Positions 1 to 10,089 of a stretch of DNA of 64,000 bases are shown here, one piece after another. The notes beneath the pieces are model-generated. The model worked only from the letters and a program-made list of their open reading frames with translations, did not search any database and had not been told where the DNA came from. This DNA comes from Candidatus Thermosaccharophagus tengchongensis. GTDB lineage: Bacteria > Armatimonadota > Fervidibacteria > Fervidibacterales > Thermosaccharophagaceae. The DNA lies in assembly GCA_032161105.1 (NCBI GenBank), contig JAVHTD010000008.1; one strand, 5' to 3'. How positions within the stretch are numbered: the first letter of the stretch is position 1; the number at the start of each line of letters is the position of its first letter. Position numbers and translations under genes: made by a program.

Positions 1-1
1 C

Positions 2-532
2 TCGTTTGATATCATAGTTGCATCCGGATATAGGAGCGCGATGGCGCATGGGATTGCTTCGGATAAGGTTATTGAGCGCGGCGATTTGGTCGTGCTTGAC
101 TTCGGCGCTGTGTGCGATGGCTACCACTCCGATTTGACGCGCACGGTAGCCGTTGGGAGAGCCGATAAGATGGGGCGTTCAATATACTCCGCCGTGTTGA
201 GGGCACAACTTGCAGCCATTGAGGAGGTGCGCTCTGGGAAGACAATGAAGCAGGTTGAAGCTGTAGCGAGGAGGGAATTGCGCTCAAGTGGCTATGAGCG
301 TCATTTCAAGCACGGCATTGGGCACGGTGTCGGATTGGAAATCCACGAATTGCCCAGCCCAAAACAGAGTGGTGGCGGGTTGATGGAAGCTGGTTGCGTG
401 GTGACGATTGAACCCGGGGTCTACATTGAGGGTGTCTGTGGTGTGAGGATTGAGGACATGGTTTTGGTCAAGCAGGATGGTTATGAGGTGCTCACATCGG
501 CTCAAAAGGAAAGCGAACTGCCCGTGCTTTAA
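2..532 (+). CDS. Xaa-Pro peptidase family (M24B) protein, 5'-truncated by the window edge
   Basis: Frame is open from base 2 (SFDIIVASG..SAMAHG). Carries the DFGA..DGYHSDLTRT, HGIGHGVGLEIHE and TIEPGVY..GVRIEDMV metal-site motifs. Confidence 0.92.
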   Translation, partial: SFDIIVASGYRSAMAHGIASDKVIERGDLVVLDFGAVCDGYHSDLTRTVAVGRADKMGRSIYSAVLRAQLAAIEEVRSGKTMKQVEAVARRELRSSGYERHFKHGIGHGVGLEIHELPSPKQSGGGLMEAGCVVTIEPGVYIEGVCGVRIEDMVLVKQDGYEVLTSAQKESELPVL

Positions 533-775
533 TTTGCACCAACTGGCAATTGCGCTTTGTGTGGTAATTTGCGGGGCTGCGATATCGGATGCGGTGTATG
601 ACAAACACTGCGCTGCTGTTGTTCTGTGTTCATCAAATGGCTTGCATCGCTTGGGATTTCCCGCGCGCTGGTAATGCAGCAATTTGCTCCGCAACTTTGT
701 TGCAGGCGTTCAAATCTTAATGGGCGGATGGGATTGTTCTCCATTGGAAAATTTATCGGAGCGGAGGTGAGTTAA

Positions 776-1642
776 ATGGAGCGATATCGTGGCGGCTGTG
801 TTTCTCGGCGCAGCTTCATTGGGAGCACCATAAGAGGCGTTGCGGGAATGGCGCTTGGCGGTGCTCTCGGGTTTGTGCTATCACATGAAGCAAAAGGTGG
901 TGAGGCTGCGGTGAAGGAGCCATACTGCGGGTTCAGAGTCGGATTGCAGAGTTACTCGCTGCGCAAGTTTGGTGCTGAGGAAGCGGCTGCAATGGTTGCC
1001 CAACTCGGTCTCAAGTATGTTGAGGCGTATCCGGCTCACCTTCCGGCTCGCAAGGACATAGTTGAGGATGCAAAAGCGGTGCTTGAAAGGCACGGCTTAA
1101 AGGTTGTAGCGTATGGCGTCGTCAGACTGACTAAGGATGAGAAGGCGATGAGGAGCTTATTTGAGTTTGCGAAAGCCATGGGGATTGAAGTGCTATCGGC
1201 TGATCCAGACCCTGACAGCTTTGAGCTGCTTGATAAGCTCACCGAGGAGTATGGTGTTGCCGTTGGAATACACAATCACGGACCCGGACACAGGTGGAAC
1301 ACAACTGAAACAATGCGCAAGGCGATTGAAGGGCACAGCGTCAAAGTCGGCATTTGCCTTGACACCGGGCACTTGGCGAGAGCCGGTGATGACATCGTCA
1401 AAGCCGTGCACATCTTCAAGGAGAGGCTTCATGGTGTTCATTTGAAGGATGTGGATGCAAACAAGCGCGATGTGGTTGTCGGCTCGGGCGTCCTTGACAT
1501 CAAGGGCTTTTTCAAGGCATTGAAGGAGACGCAGTTCAAGGGCTACATTGCTCTTGAATATGAGCTTGAGCCGGATAACCCAATTCCGGGGATTCGCAAG
1601 TCGCTTGAATTCATTCAGAAGGTGTGCGCCGAATTGGCGTGA
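776..1642 (+). CDS. Tat-exported sugar phosphate isomerase/epimerase (xylose-isomerase-like TIM barrel)
   Basis: N-terminal SRRSFIG twin-arginine signal. Motifs IHNH, LDTGH, VHLKD, ALEYE. RBS GGAGGTGA upstream. Confidence 0.85.
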   Translation: MERYRGGCVSRRSFIGSTIRGVAGMALGGALGFVLSHEAKGGEAAVKEPYCGFRVGLQSYSLRKFGAEEAAAMVAQLGLKYVEAYPAHLPARKDIVEDAKAVLERHGLKVVAYGVVRLTKDEKAMRSLFEFAKAMGIEVLSADPDPDSFELLDKLTEEYGVAVGIHNHGPGHRWNTTETMRKAIEGHSVKVGICLDTGHLARAGDDIVKAVHIFKERLHGVHLKDVDANKRDVVVGSGVLDIKGFFKALKETQFKGYIALEYELEPDNPIPGIRKSLEFIQKVCAELA

Positions 1643-1729
1643 AGTTAAGCGGCGCACCAAAGGCGCTTTGCGGTGGAAAAGGCACTGTGGAGTGGGCTTG
1701 CAAAAATGGCAATGATGGTGGTGAGCGGT

Positions 1730-2716
1730 ATGAGAAAGAGGCACATCATTTTGTTGGTGGCTGTATGTGCCGCCTCATTTTTAGCGTTGGCGATTTGCAT
1801 GACGGTTGCGCAACAGGCGAAGCCCGTTAAGGTTCCCATTCGCGGTGCATGTCAAACATGTCACAAGGTGCACGCTGATGAGTGGCTAAAGTCAGCTCAT
1901 GCAAGAGCGTGGATAAGTGAGCTGTTCAAAGAGATGAGCAATGAGTATGAAGATGAGGACTGCCTTCACTGCCATGCACCGGAGCGCTTGCTTGATACAG
2001 GTTATGGCAACGAGCCGAAGTTGCGTGAACGCACAAGGGAAGGTGGCGTCGATTGCTCAGCGTGTCATGCCGACATAAAGGGTGCAATGCATGGTCCTTA
2101 CGAGATTGAGCGTGAGTTCCATGAGAATGTGAAAAATGAGAAGCTTGGCACAGTTGAGATGTGCGCAAGTTGCCACGCCAAGTTCGGAACTATAAGCGAA
2201 TTTAAGGGGAGCAGGTGGGGCAAGAGTCCAAAAGGCTGCGTTGAGTGCCATATGCCGAAGGTTGAACGCCCGATAGGCGAGATACCGACGGTTGAAAAGA
2301 AGTATCCAGTTAGGGCATCTCATGTGCACACATTCAGAGGCGTTGAGGATATTGAGTTTGTCCGAGAGTCACTCAAGCTTGAGGCTGCTGTTGATGGCGA
2401 TGAGCTTTTGGTGAAGTTGAGCAGCCTCAATGTGGGGCACAATTTCCCAACTGGCTTCAATGTGAGTGCAGCCTTAGTTGATGTATCGCTTCGTGATGGC
2501 GATAGGGTTTTGCAATCGTTTAAACATTTGCTCTCCGATGAGCGTCCCAGTGGTGGTAAGGACACTCGCCTGTTGCCCGAAGAAACACTCACGCTCCACT
2601 TCCCACTTGACGGCAAGAAGGGGATTGCTGTTGTGCGCTTGTTATACAAGCGCCCAAAGACGCTTCCCGATGAGAAGGCTCTTGAATTGCTCAGGGTTGA
2701 AGTGCCCGTCAAGTGA
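1730..2716 (+). CDS. exported multiheme (5x CxxCH) c-type cytochrome
   Basis: CQTCH, CLHCH, CSACH, CASCH, CVECH. Signal-like N-terminus MRKRHIILLVAV. GHNFPTG motif after the hemes. Start chosen at ATG 1730; the ORF is open from 1673. Confidence 0.88.
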   Translation: MRKRHIILLVAVCAASFLALAICMTVAQQAKPVKVPIRGACQTCHKVHADEWLKSAHARAWISELFKEMSNEYEDEDCLHCHAPERLLDTGYGNEPKLRERTREGGVDCSACHADIKGAMHGPYEIEREFHENVKNEKLGTVEMCASCHAKFGTISEFKGSRWGKSPKGCVECHMPKVERPIGEIPTVEKKYPVRASHVHTFRGVEDIEFVRESLKLEAAVDGDELLVKLSSLNVGHNFPTGFNVSAALVDVSLRDGDRVLQSFKHLLSDERPSGGKDTRLLPEETLTLHFPLDGKKGIAVVRLLYKRPKTLPDEKALELLRVEVPVK

Positions 2717-2807
2717 TCAAGTAAACTGTCGCACCAGTTCTGCCGTCATCGTGTGGCATTGATTCGGGTGCAGATGGCGGGGCTTTTTCTGCGGCATGAT
2801 GGTCATT

Positions 2808-3734
2808 CTACGAAGCGATGATGCGCATTGGGTTTGTCCAGGCGAAGTTGTCGTCGGCATCTACGCACTCAACCCTCAAAAAGCGTTCATTGCCACGCAG
2901 CTTGTAGTGCGCTTCGGTGAGCATGTCCTTCCCGATTGCCGTCCATTTTTCCCCTTTGCCGTTGTCCGAGATGAATGTGATTGCCCTGACCGGTGATGTC
3001 TCAACATGCACCCATTCATCCTCAATATGCACATTCAGGATTTGTGGTCCCGTGCTTGAGTAAAACATTCCTTCCCGCAGCGCCCCCAGGACATCTTGCA
3101 CTGTCAGTTGGCGGCACTTGACCATGACCCAAGCTCCGCAGATGTCAACCGGGCGATGCTCATTGAAGTGATAATGTGCATCATCCACAGCTACGCCCCA
3201 AATGAAGCGCCCGCGCAGGAGGAGATCATCCCAATGCGTTGTTGAAAAACCCTTACCAACAGCGTGGTGACACGATGTGTTGAATATCTCAATTGCGATG
3301 TAGCCATCAAATGAGAGCATGTCATGCGCTGTCAGCTGTGACCAGTATGGATGGCAAAGGACAGCGACGCCACCTAACGAGCGTATTTCCTCCACAAACC
3401 TGCCCGGTGATATGTCCATTGCTGAAATCCCATCTGGCTTCTCCCATTGGCGTTCAATCCCTATCGCAACAAAATGGAAGTCAGTGCCGGCTTCGGATAA
3501 GCCAACACTTATTTCTTCACCCGGTATGAGTAGCACTCCGTAAGTCTCCTCACCCTCAATCAGGGTTAGTTTGTTATGGTCGGTGATGGCGAGGAAGTGA
3601 TAGCCTGCTTCGGCGTATCGTCTCACCACATCTTTCGGTTCCAAGTCGCCATCGCTTCGTTTGGTGTGAGTATGCAAATTGCCCTTGAACCAAGCCCCAT
3701 CGGATGAGAACGGATTTGGGAATTCAACACGCAT
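2808..3734 (-). CDS. PHP-domain metallohydrolase (CehA/McbA-like)
   Basis: KGNLHTHT..SDG, LAITDHN, CHP and DDAH PHP motifs. Confidence 0.85.
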   Translation of the reverse strand: MRVEFPNPFSSDGAWFKGNLHTHTKRSDGDLEPKDVVRRYAEAGYHFLAITDHNKLTLIEGEETYGVLLIPGEEISVGLSEAGTDFHFVAIGIERQWEKPDGISAMDISPGRFVEEIRSLGGVAVLCHPYWSQLTAHDMLSFDGYIAIEIFNTSCHHAVGKGFSTTHWDDLLLRGRFIWGVAVDDAHYHFNEHRPVDICGAWVMVKCRQLTVQDVLGALREGMFYSSTGPQILNVHIEDEWVHVETSPVRAITFISDNGKGEKWTAIGKDMLTEAHYKLRGNERFLRVECVDADDNFAWTNPMRIIAS

Positions 3735-3909
3735 TTCAAATCACTCCCCATGCGCCCTCAAAATGCGGCGGAGTTCCGTTTGCCGTGCGGTCATTGAGGA
3801 GATTGTATCTCATGCCTTTTGATGGTTCACTGCGGTATAGTGATTATGGCGTGCCGATGGTTTTGCGCATGCAATGCCGATGCATTTAACACACAGGTGG
3901 TGAGGGAAG

Positions 3910-4464
3910 GTGAACTTCGTGATTTTGGCTGTCGGCGTTTTATTCGTTTTGGCTGCCTTTGTTGTGGTTGCATACAACAGGCTTGTGCGCTTGAGCATGC
4001 TCGTTGATAACGCATGGTCGGATGTAGATGTGCAGTTGAAGCGCCGCCACGACTTGATCCCGAACATCATTGAGGCTGTGAAGGGCTACATGAGTTATGA
4101 GCGGGCAACCCTTGAGAGGGTTGTGCAAGCACGCGGTCAGGCAATATCATCCTCAACGCCTGATCAAAGGGCGCAAGCTGAGGGCTTGCTCACGGCAGCA
4201 TTGAGGCAATTATTTGCGCTCGCCGAAGCATACCCCGACTTGAAAGCCAACCAAAGTTTCCTTGACCTGCAGGCGCAGCTCTCGGAGATTGAGGAGCAAA
4301 TTCAACTTGCACGCCGATACTACAATGCCGTTGTGCGAGATTACAACACCGCAACTCGCACCTTCCCAAGTAACATAGTTGCGGCTCTGTTCGGTTTCAG
4401 AGAGCGGCGCTTCTTTGAATTGCCCGATGTGCACGAGCGCGAGGTGCCTCAGGTGCGCTTTTGA
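3910..4464 (+). CDS. lemA: LemA family protein
   Basis: N-terminal TM helix. YNRLV..NAWSDVDVQLKRRHDLIPN, AEAYPDLKAN, ARRYYN..V..YN..FP. Confidence 0.95.
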   Translation: MNFVILAVGVLFVLAAFVVVAYNRLVRLSMLVDNAWSDVDVQLKRRHDLIPNIIEAVKGYMSYERATLERVVQARGQAISSSTPDQRAQAEGLLTAALRQLFALAEAYPDLKANQSFLDLQAQLSEIEEQIQLARRYYNAVVRDYNTATRTFPSNIVAALFGFRERRFFELPDVHEREVPQVRF

Positions 4465-4523
4465 TGGTTGGCGGAGCTGCGCAGCGTGGGCTGCAGCGTT
4501 TTTGAGTCAGACTCGCTTTTGAG

Positions 4524-6491
4524 GTGAGTGCAATGGATGTTGCGGTGAGCGGTAAAGTGAGCAGCGTGAATTCAATTTCCGTTGGATGGCTCTTTCGCGC
4601 GTGGTTATGTGTCCTTCTTCAAGTTGGCAGTGCATCAATCCGATGCAGCGGCTGGGAGATTGAGAGGTTCATCACCGATGTAATGGTGCACGATGATGCG
4701 CACATAACTGTAACCGAGCGGTTGAAGGTTGACTTCGGCGGCGAGTTGCGCCATGGCATCTTCAGGACAATACCATACCGCTATAAGCGCCATTTGAAGT
4801 TGCCCATGGGAAGCACGATGCCGCTACTCTACAACCTTCGCATTAAAGTCCGCCATGTGACCGATGGCTTCGGCAGAGGGTTAAAATATCGCGTCTCACG
4901 CAAGAACGGTTACATTGAGATACGGATTGGCGATCCAAAAGTGGTTGTGAGCGGCATTCAGGATTATGTCATCACATACGATGTTTGGCGCGCCCTCGTC
5001 AAGCTGCCGGCACATGCAGCGAGCGTTATGCGGCGTAAGTGGGAAGGAAGTCTTAGTGTTGTTGAACTCTATTGGAATGCCACCGGGAATGAGTGGCGTG
5101 TCCCAATAGGTGAGGCAATTGCGAATGTGATGTTGCCCAACGGCGTTGACGGGCTTGATGAGCGCTCAGTGATGGTGGCATTTTACACTGGACCTTACGG
5201 CTCAGCGGAGCACAAGGGATGGGTGCGGCGTTCCAAGGACTGCATCTCATTTGGGACGGACAGGTTGGAGCCGGGATGTGGATTAACAATTTCCGTCGGC
5301 ATGCCAGTTGATGCATTCTCATTTCCAAGCGCTGTTCAGGAATTGATCTGGGCGCTTCTGGATAACTGGCATTTGGTGGTTGCTTTACTTGCGCCATTGA
5401 TTGCGCTCATCTGCATGCTCACGATGTGGTATCGTTTTGGGCGTGACCCATATTCACACCTCCCCGTAGTTGTGCAGTATGAGCCACCGAAGGACCTGAC
5501 CCCGGCGGAAGCTGGCACATTGGTTGATGAGCGCGCTGATGTGGATGACATTACTGCGACAGTCATTGATTTGGCTGCGAGGGGTTACATCAGGATCCGA
5601 GAACTCAAGACGACCAAGTTCCTCTTCCTCGCAGACAAGGATTATGAGTTTACGCTGCTGAAGCCGCTTGCAGACATGTCAGTTCGGGGGGAAAGCAAGG
5701 GCGCAAAAGGGAGACCCTCAAGTGGAGTTGAGAGGCTGGATGCCGAAGCTGAGGCGAGAGCTGAAGCCTTTCACGGCGTCGGTGATGAGGCGCTTGAGAG
5801 GCATGAATATCTCATGCTCGTTGGGATGTTTGAGAGTGGTGACAGAGTTCTGCTCTCGCAATTGCGCAACAAGTTCTATCGCCACCTACCCGGCATTCGG
5901 GATGCGCTTTATAGGACGCTCTCCAAGCACAAGCGGTTGTTTTATGGCGACCCTGACGAAGTGCGGAATCGCTACCGATGCATCGGAATTATCGGAGCTG
6001 CAGCGCTCTGCGGCGTTGTTTTTGCCCTCTCGCAGTTACTTAATGTGGACTTCGCGTCAATGCTTGTAGCTATGTTTGGCGTCTCAAGCAGCGGTGCGGT
6101 CGTTTGGCTCCTTGCGCCGCTCATGCCCAGAAAAACTTCTCTCGGTGTTGAGGCGTTGCGATACATACTCGGATTTAAGGAGTTCATCATGCGCGCCGAG
6201 AAAGACAGACTTGAAAGGATGGCATCTGAAGACCCGACGTTGTTCGGGCGCATACTGCCGTATGCCGTTGTGCTCGGTGTGGTGGATGAGTGGGCTGAGA
6301 AAATGAGGGACATAATTCGTCATCCACCGGAATGGTATGAGAGCAGCGACTATTATGCCGGTGGGTTCAGTTCAACCCGATTTATTCACGACATTGGGCA
6401 TGCAATGCGAACGATGGGCAGCACTTTCACATCGGCTCCTCGTGAAGTTAGTGGAGGCGGTTTTGGTGGCGGTGGCGGTGGAGCTTGGTGA
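4524..6491 (+). CDS. DUF2207 family membrane protein
   Basis: ELYWNATG..W, PPKDLTPAEAG.L.DE, LPYA..LG...W and a Gly-rich C-terminus GGGFGGGGGGAW. Adjacent to lemA, as is usual. Start uncertain. Confidence 0.88.
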   Translation: MSAMDVAVSGKVSSVNSISVGWLFRAWLCVLLQVGSASIRCSGWEIERFITDVMVHDDAHITVTERLKVDFGGELRHGIFRTIPYRYKRHLKLPMGSTMPLLYNLRIKVRHVTDGFGRGLKYRVSRKNGYIEIRIGDPKVVVSGIQDYVITYDVWRALVKLPAHAASVMRRKWEGSLSVVELYWNATGNEWRVPIGEAIANVMLPNGVDGLDERSVMVAFYTGPYGSAEHKGWVRRSKDCISFGTDRLEPGCGLTISVGMPVDAFSFPSAVQELIWALLDNWHLVVALLAPLIALICMLTMWYRFGRDPYSHLPVVVQYEPPKDLTPAEAGTLVDERADVDDITATVIDLAARGYIRIRELKTTKFLFLADKDYEFTLLKPLADMSVRGESKGAKGRPSSGVERLDAEAEARAEAFHGVGDEALERHEYLMLVGMFESGDRVLLSQLRNKFYRHLPGIRDALYRTLSKHKRLFYGDPDEVRNRYRCIGIIGAAALCGVVFALSQLLNVDFASMLVAMFGVSSSGAVVWLLAPLMPRKTSLGVEALRYILGFKEFIMRAEKDRLERMASEDPTLFGRILPYAVVLGVVDEWAEKMRDIIRHPPEWYESSDYYAGGFSSTRFIHDIGHAMRTMGSTFTSAPREVSGGGFGGGGGGAW

Positions 6492-6512
6492 ACATGTGCG
6501 AACGGTCACCAA

Positions 6513-7745
6513 ATGTGTGCGATGGTGAGCGTTATGCGGCATCGGTGGGAAGAAGAACTTCGCGTTGAGGTGAAAGCGCCAGTCGTTGATTTTGAGCAGC
6601 ACAATGAAGAGGTAAAGCGCGTTTGGGAAGCTTACCGCATGAGGAAGCCAATCAGGGTGCCGATGATAATTGGCACAAATGTGCGCTACACGATGCATCG
6701 CAAAGGCGCAAATCCATCCGGCATAACTTTTGAACGCATGTTTTCCGACCCTGAGGCGATGCTGCGAAGGCAGCTTGAACACGAATGGTTTATGCGCCAC
6801 TTCATCACCCAAGATGCCGAGATGGGCTTGCCAAAGGATGGTTGGCATGTCGGCGTTCACTTCCAAAATGTTTACGAGGCAGCTTGGCTTGGGTGTGAGA
6901 TTGTGTTCCTTGAGGGGCAAGTGCCGGATACAAAGCCGATGCTCCCCGATGACGACCGCAAAAATATGCTCTTTGATTTGGGGATGCCAGACCCGTTCAC
7001 CGGCGGTTTGATGAAGCGCAATTGGGAGTTTTACGAGTTCATCAAGCGCAAGCAGGAGGAAGGGTTCACATTTTTTGGCAAGCCGATTGCAAGCGTAATG
7101 CCATGCGGGTTGGGGACTGATGGACCTTTTACAGTGGCATGCAAGGTTCGCGGCGTGGAGAAGTTTTTGCTTGACTTGATTTGTGATACTGAGTATGCGC
7201 TTCGCCTCCTTGACTTCGTCACGACGGCAATAATTGAGCGCATATTGGCTTACCGAAGGCATCTCGGGCTGGAGCTGAAGCCGAAGACATGGGGCTTCGC
7301 CGACGATGCGATACAGTTCATCTCACAGGAGATGTATCGTGAGATTGTCTTCCCATTTCACAAGCGCCTCGTTGACGAGCTCTCTTCCGGTGGACCGATA
7401 AGCATTCACCTTTGCGGTGATGTGGAGCGCCATCTCAAGTTCATCCACGAGAACCTCAATGTCTGGAGCTTTGATACTGGCTTTCCGATTGACCTTGCGA
7501 GGGTGCGCCGTGAACTTGGTCCCGATGTGGAGTTAATCGGTGGACCGACGATCACATTCCTTGAGCGTGCCACACCTGAGCAGGTTGTTGAAGAAGTGAG
7601 GCGCATATTGCAATCGGGCGTTATGGATGGCGGCAGGTTCATACTCCGTGAGGCGAATAATCTGCCACCCGGCGTTCCACTTGAAAATGTGTGGGCGATG
7701 TATCGTGCAGTGAAGCAGTATGGTGTGTATGAATATGTTGGGTGA
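6513..7745 (+). CDS. uroporphyrinogen decarboxylase (URO-D/MtaA-like) family protein
   Basis: GPFTVA..RG, ADD, IHLCG, GGRFIL..N.PPG.P.EN..AM motifs. Confidence 0.82.
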   Translation: MCAMVSVMRHRWEEELRVEVKAPVVDFEQHNEEVKRVWEAYRMRKPIRVPMIIGTNVRYTMHRKGANPSGITFERMFSDPEAMLRRQLEHEWFMRHFITQDAEMGLPKDGWHVGVHFQNVYEAAWLGCEIVFLEGQVPDTKPMLPDDDRKNMLFDLGMPDPFTGGLMKRNWEFYEFIKRKQEEGFTFFGKPIASVMPCGLGTDGPFTVACKVRGVEKFLLDLICDTEYALRLLDFVTTAIIERILAYRRHLGLELKPKTWGFADDAIQFISQEMYREIVFPFHKRLVDELSSGGPISIHLCGDVERHLKFIHENLNVWSFDTGFPIDLARVRRELGPDVELIGGPTITFLERATPEQVVEEVRRILQSGVMDGGRFILREANNLPPGVPLENVWAMYRAVKQYGVYEYVG

Positions 7746-7804
7746 TGATGCATCCGATTAGTGGCGCTGATTTAAAGCGCCATCGTTATCAGGGGTGTTG
7801 TCAG

Positions 7805-9568
7805 ATGGGGTCAAAGTTTAAGGTGCTAATCTGTCAGGGCACAAGCGGTCTATCGGGGGGAGCTCACATCGTTGCGGAGGCGCTCAGGAAGAAACTGCAC
7901 GAGAGCGGTCTTGCCGACAAATGCGAGATCAAAAGGGTTGGCGATAGGGGTTTGTTTAGGGATGTGCTCATTGACATCATCTCGCCCGACGGGAAAAGGT
8001 GGACATACGAGAGGGTGAGCGTTGAGGATGTGACCGAGATCGTTGAAAGCCACTTGGTCAAGGGTGAGCCGGTCAAGCGGTTGCTTGCTGGCGATGACTA
8101 CCGAAGGTTCTTTGAAGGGCAGCTGCGTTGGGTGCTCAGAAACTGCGGTGAGATTGATCCCGAGGACATCAACGACTACATTTCAGTTGGGGGTTATGAA
8201 GCGCTCAGGAAGGCGCTCACCGAGATGACGCCAGAGGATGTCATCAATGAGGTTGTGGAGTCCGGACTTCGCGGCAGGGGTGGCGCCGGCTTTCCGACCG
8301 GAATTAAGTGGCGAATATGCAGGGGGCATGAAGCCCCGGCCCGTTATGTCATATGCAATGCTGACGAGGGTGACCCGGGTGCATTCATGGACAGGAGCAT
8401 ACTTGAGGGTGACCCGCACTCTGTCATTGAGGGATTGATTATCGCCGGCTACGCCATTGGTGCGAGCAAGGGCTTCATCTACTGCCGTGCTGAGTATCCG
8501 CTCGCCATAAGGCGGTTGAAGGTGGCATTGCAGCAGGCAAGGGAGATGGGCTTCATCGGTGAGGACATACTTGGGAGCGGGTTTTCGTTTGACATCGCTC
8601 TCAAGGAAGGCGCAGGCGCATTCGTATGCGGTGAGGAGACAGCGCTCATCGCATCAATTGAGGGCAAGCGAGGCATGCCTCGCCCGCGCCCACCATTCCC
8701 AGCCGAAAAGGGCTTATGGGGCATGCCGACAATCATCAACAATGTTGAGACGCTGGCGAATGTGCCGAGGATAATCCTCAACGGCGCAAAGTGGTTTTCA
8801 TCGGTTGGAACCGACAGGAGCAAGGGGACGAAGGTATTTGCGCTTGCCGGGAAGGTGAAAAACACCGGCTTGGTTGAAGTCCCGATGGGCGTCACGCTTC
8901 GCCAACTCATATTCGGGCCGGGTGGCGGTATGGCTCGCAAAGGCTATGCATTCAAAGCCGTTCAAATCGGCGGTCCATCTGGCGGTTGCCTTCCGGAGGA
9001 GCTGCTTGACACGCCGATTGATTATGAGTCGCTTACACAGGTTGGCGCTATCATGGGCTCCGGTGGGCTGATCGTCCTTGACGAGGGCACATGCATGGTT
9101 GATGCAGCCAAGTTCTTTCTCAGCTTCACTTCCGCCGAATCGTGTGGCAAATGCATTCCATGCAGGGTTGGTTTGGTTAGGCTTTACGAAGTGCTTGATA
9201 GGATAACGAAAGGCGAAGGTAGGGAGGGCGACATTGAATTTCTTGAGCGCATGGGCAACGCCGTCAGGGAGACATCGCTTTGCGGCTTGGGCAAGACGGC
9301 TTTGAATCCGGTTTTGACAACCGTGCGCTACTTCAGGGATGAGTATGAGGCGCATATCAAGCATGGTCGTTGTCCAGCTGGCGTCTGCGTGCCATTGCTC
9401 CGCTTTGAAGTTGACGAGGGCAAGTGCGTCAAGTGCGGCAGGTGTGCGAGAGTCTGTCCGGTTGGTGCGATAGCATGGCAGCGTGGCAGCTTCCCCGTCA
9501 TAAACAAGGATGCGTGCATAAAGTGCCGTGCATGCATAATTGAGTGCCCTGAGCATGCTATAAACTGA
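7805..9568 (+). CDS. NuoF/HydB-like NADH-binding flavoprotein subunit 1, with C-terminal 2x[4Fe-4S] domain
   Basis: GLRGRGGAGFPTG, NADEGDPGAFMDR, GAFVCGEET, GGPSGGC, ESCGKCIPCR..C, then CVKCGRCARVCP and CIKCRACIIECP. Start taken at ATG 7805. Confidence 0.92.
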   Translation: MGSKFKVLICQGTSGLSGGAHIVAEALRKKLHESGLADKCEIKRVGDRGLFRDVLIDIISPDGKRWTYERVSVEDVTEIVESHLVKGEPVKRLLAGDDYRRFFEGQLRWVLRNCGEIDPEDINDYISVGGYEALRKALTEMTPEDVINEVVESGLRGRGGAGFPTGIKWRICRGHEAPARYVICNADEGDPGAFMDRSILEGDPHSVIEGLIIAGYAIGASKGFIYCRAEYPLAIRRLKVALQQAREMGFIGEDILGSGFSFDIALKEGAGAFVCGEETALIASIEGKRGMPRPRPPFPAEKGLWGMPTIINNVETLANVPRIILNGAKWFSSVGTDRSKGTKVFALAGKVKNTGLVEVPMGVTLRQLIFGPGGGMARKGYAFKAVQIGGPSGGCLPEELLDTPIDYESLTQVGAIMGSGGLIVLDEGTCMVDAAKFFLSFTSAESCGKCIPCRVGLVRLYEVLDRITKGEGREGDIEFLERMGNAVRETSLCGLGKTALNPVLTTVRYFRDEYEAHIKHGRCPAGVCVPLLRFEVDEGKCVKCGRCARVCPVGAIAWQRGSFPVINKDACIKCRACIIECPEHAIN

Positions 9569-9597
9569 AGCCGTGAAGTTGGCTATATGAGGGGTGA

Positions 9598-10089
9598 TTG
9601 CTGATGGGGTTGGTGGGTGGTGAATTGGAGCGCAGGTTGGAAGAGATTTTGGGCGCCTTCTGCGGCAAGCGCAGTGAGCTCATCCCGATACTTCAGCGCA
9701 TTCAAAATGAGTTCGGCTACTTGCCCGAAGATGCGCTCGTCAAGGTGTCAAGGTTCATCGGCGTCCCAGAAGCACATGTTTACGGTGTGGCTTCATTCTA
9801 CGAACAGCTTCGTCTCAGGCAGTTGGGAAAGAACATCATCACGATATGCAGGGGCACTTCATGCTATGTGTGCGGCTCATCAAAGCTGATTGACGAGGCT
9901 AAAAGTGTGCTCGGCATTGATGAGGGTGAGACGACGCCGGATTTGAAATGGACGCTTGAGACGGTGACATGCCTCGGGATGTGCGCGCATGCGCCGTGCG
10001 CAATTGTGAATGGGAAGGTATACGGCAAGATGACCCCGAAGAAGCTGGTGAGCATCATTAGGGCGGTGGAAGGTGGGAGGCGATCATGA
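9598..10089 (+). CDS. NuoE/HydC-like [2Fe-2S] subunit
   Basis: LIPILQ.IQ..FGYLP; CRGTSC ... CLGMC cluster ligands. Confidence 0.92.
   Translation: MLMGLVGGELERRLEEILGAFCGKRSELIPILQRIQNEFGYLPEDALVKVSRFIGVPEAHVYGVASFYEQLRLRQLGKNIITICRGTSCYVCGSSKLIDEAKSVLGIDEGETTPDLKWTLETVTCLGMCAHAPCAIVNGKVYGKMTPKKLVSIIRAVEGGRRS

Noticed and set aside
6372..9556. Long antisense ORFs (6372-7262, 8798-9556)
   Set aside because: They lie opposite well-supported genes and show no motifs.
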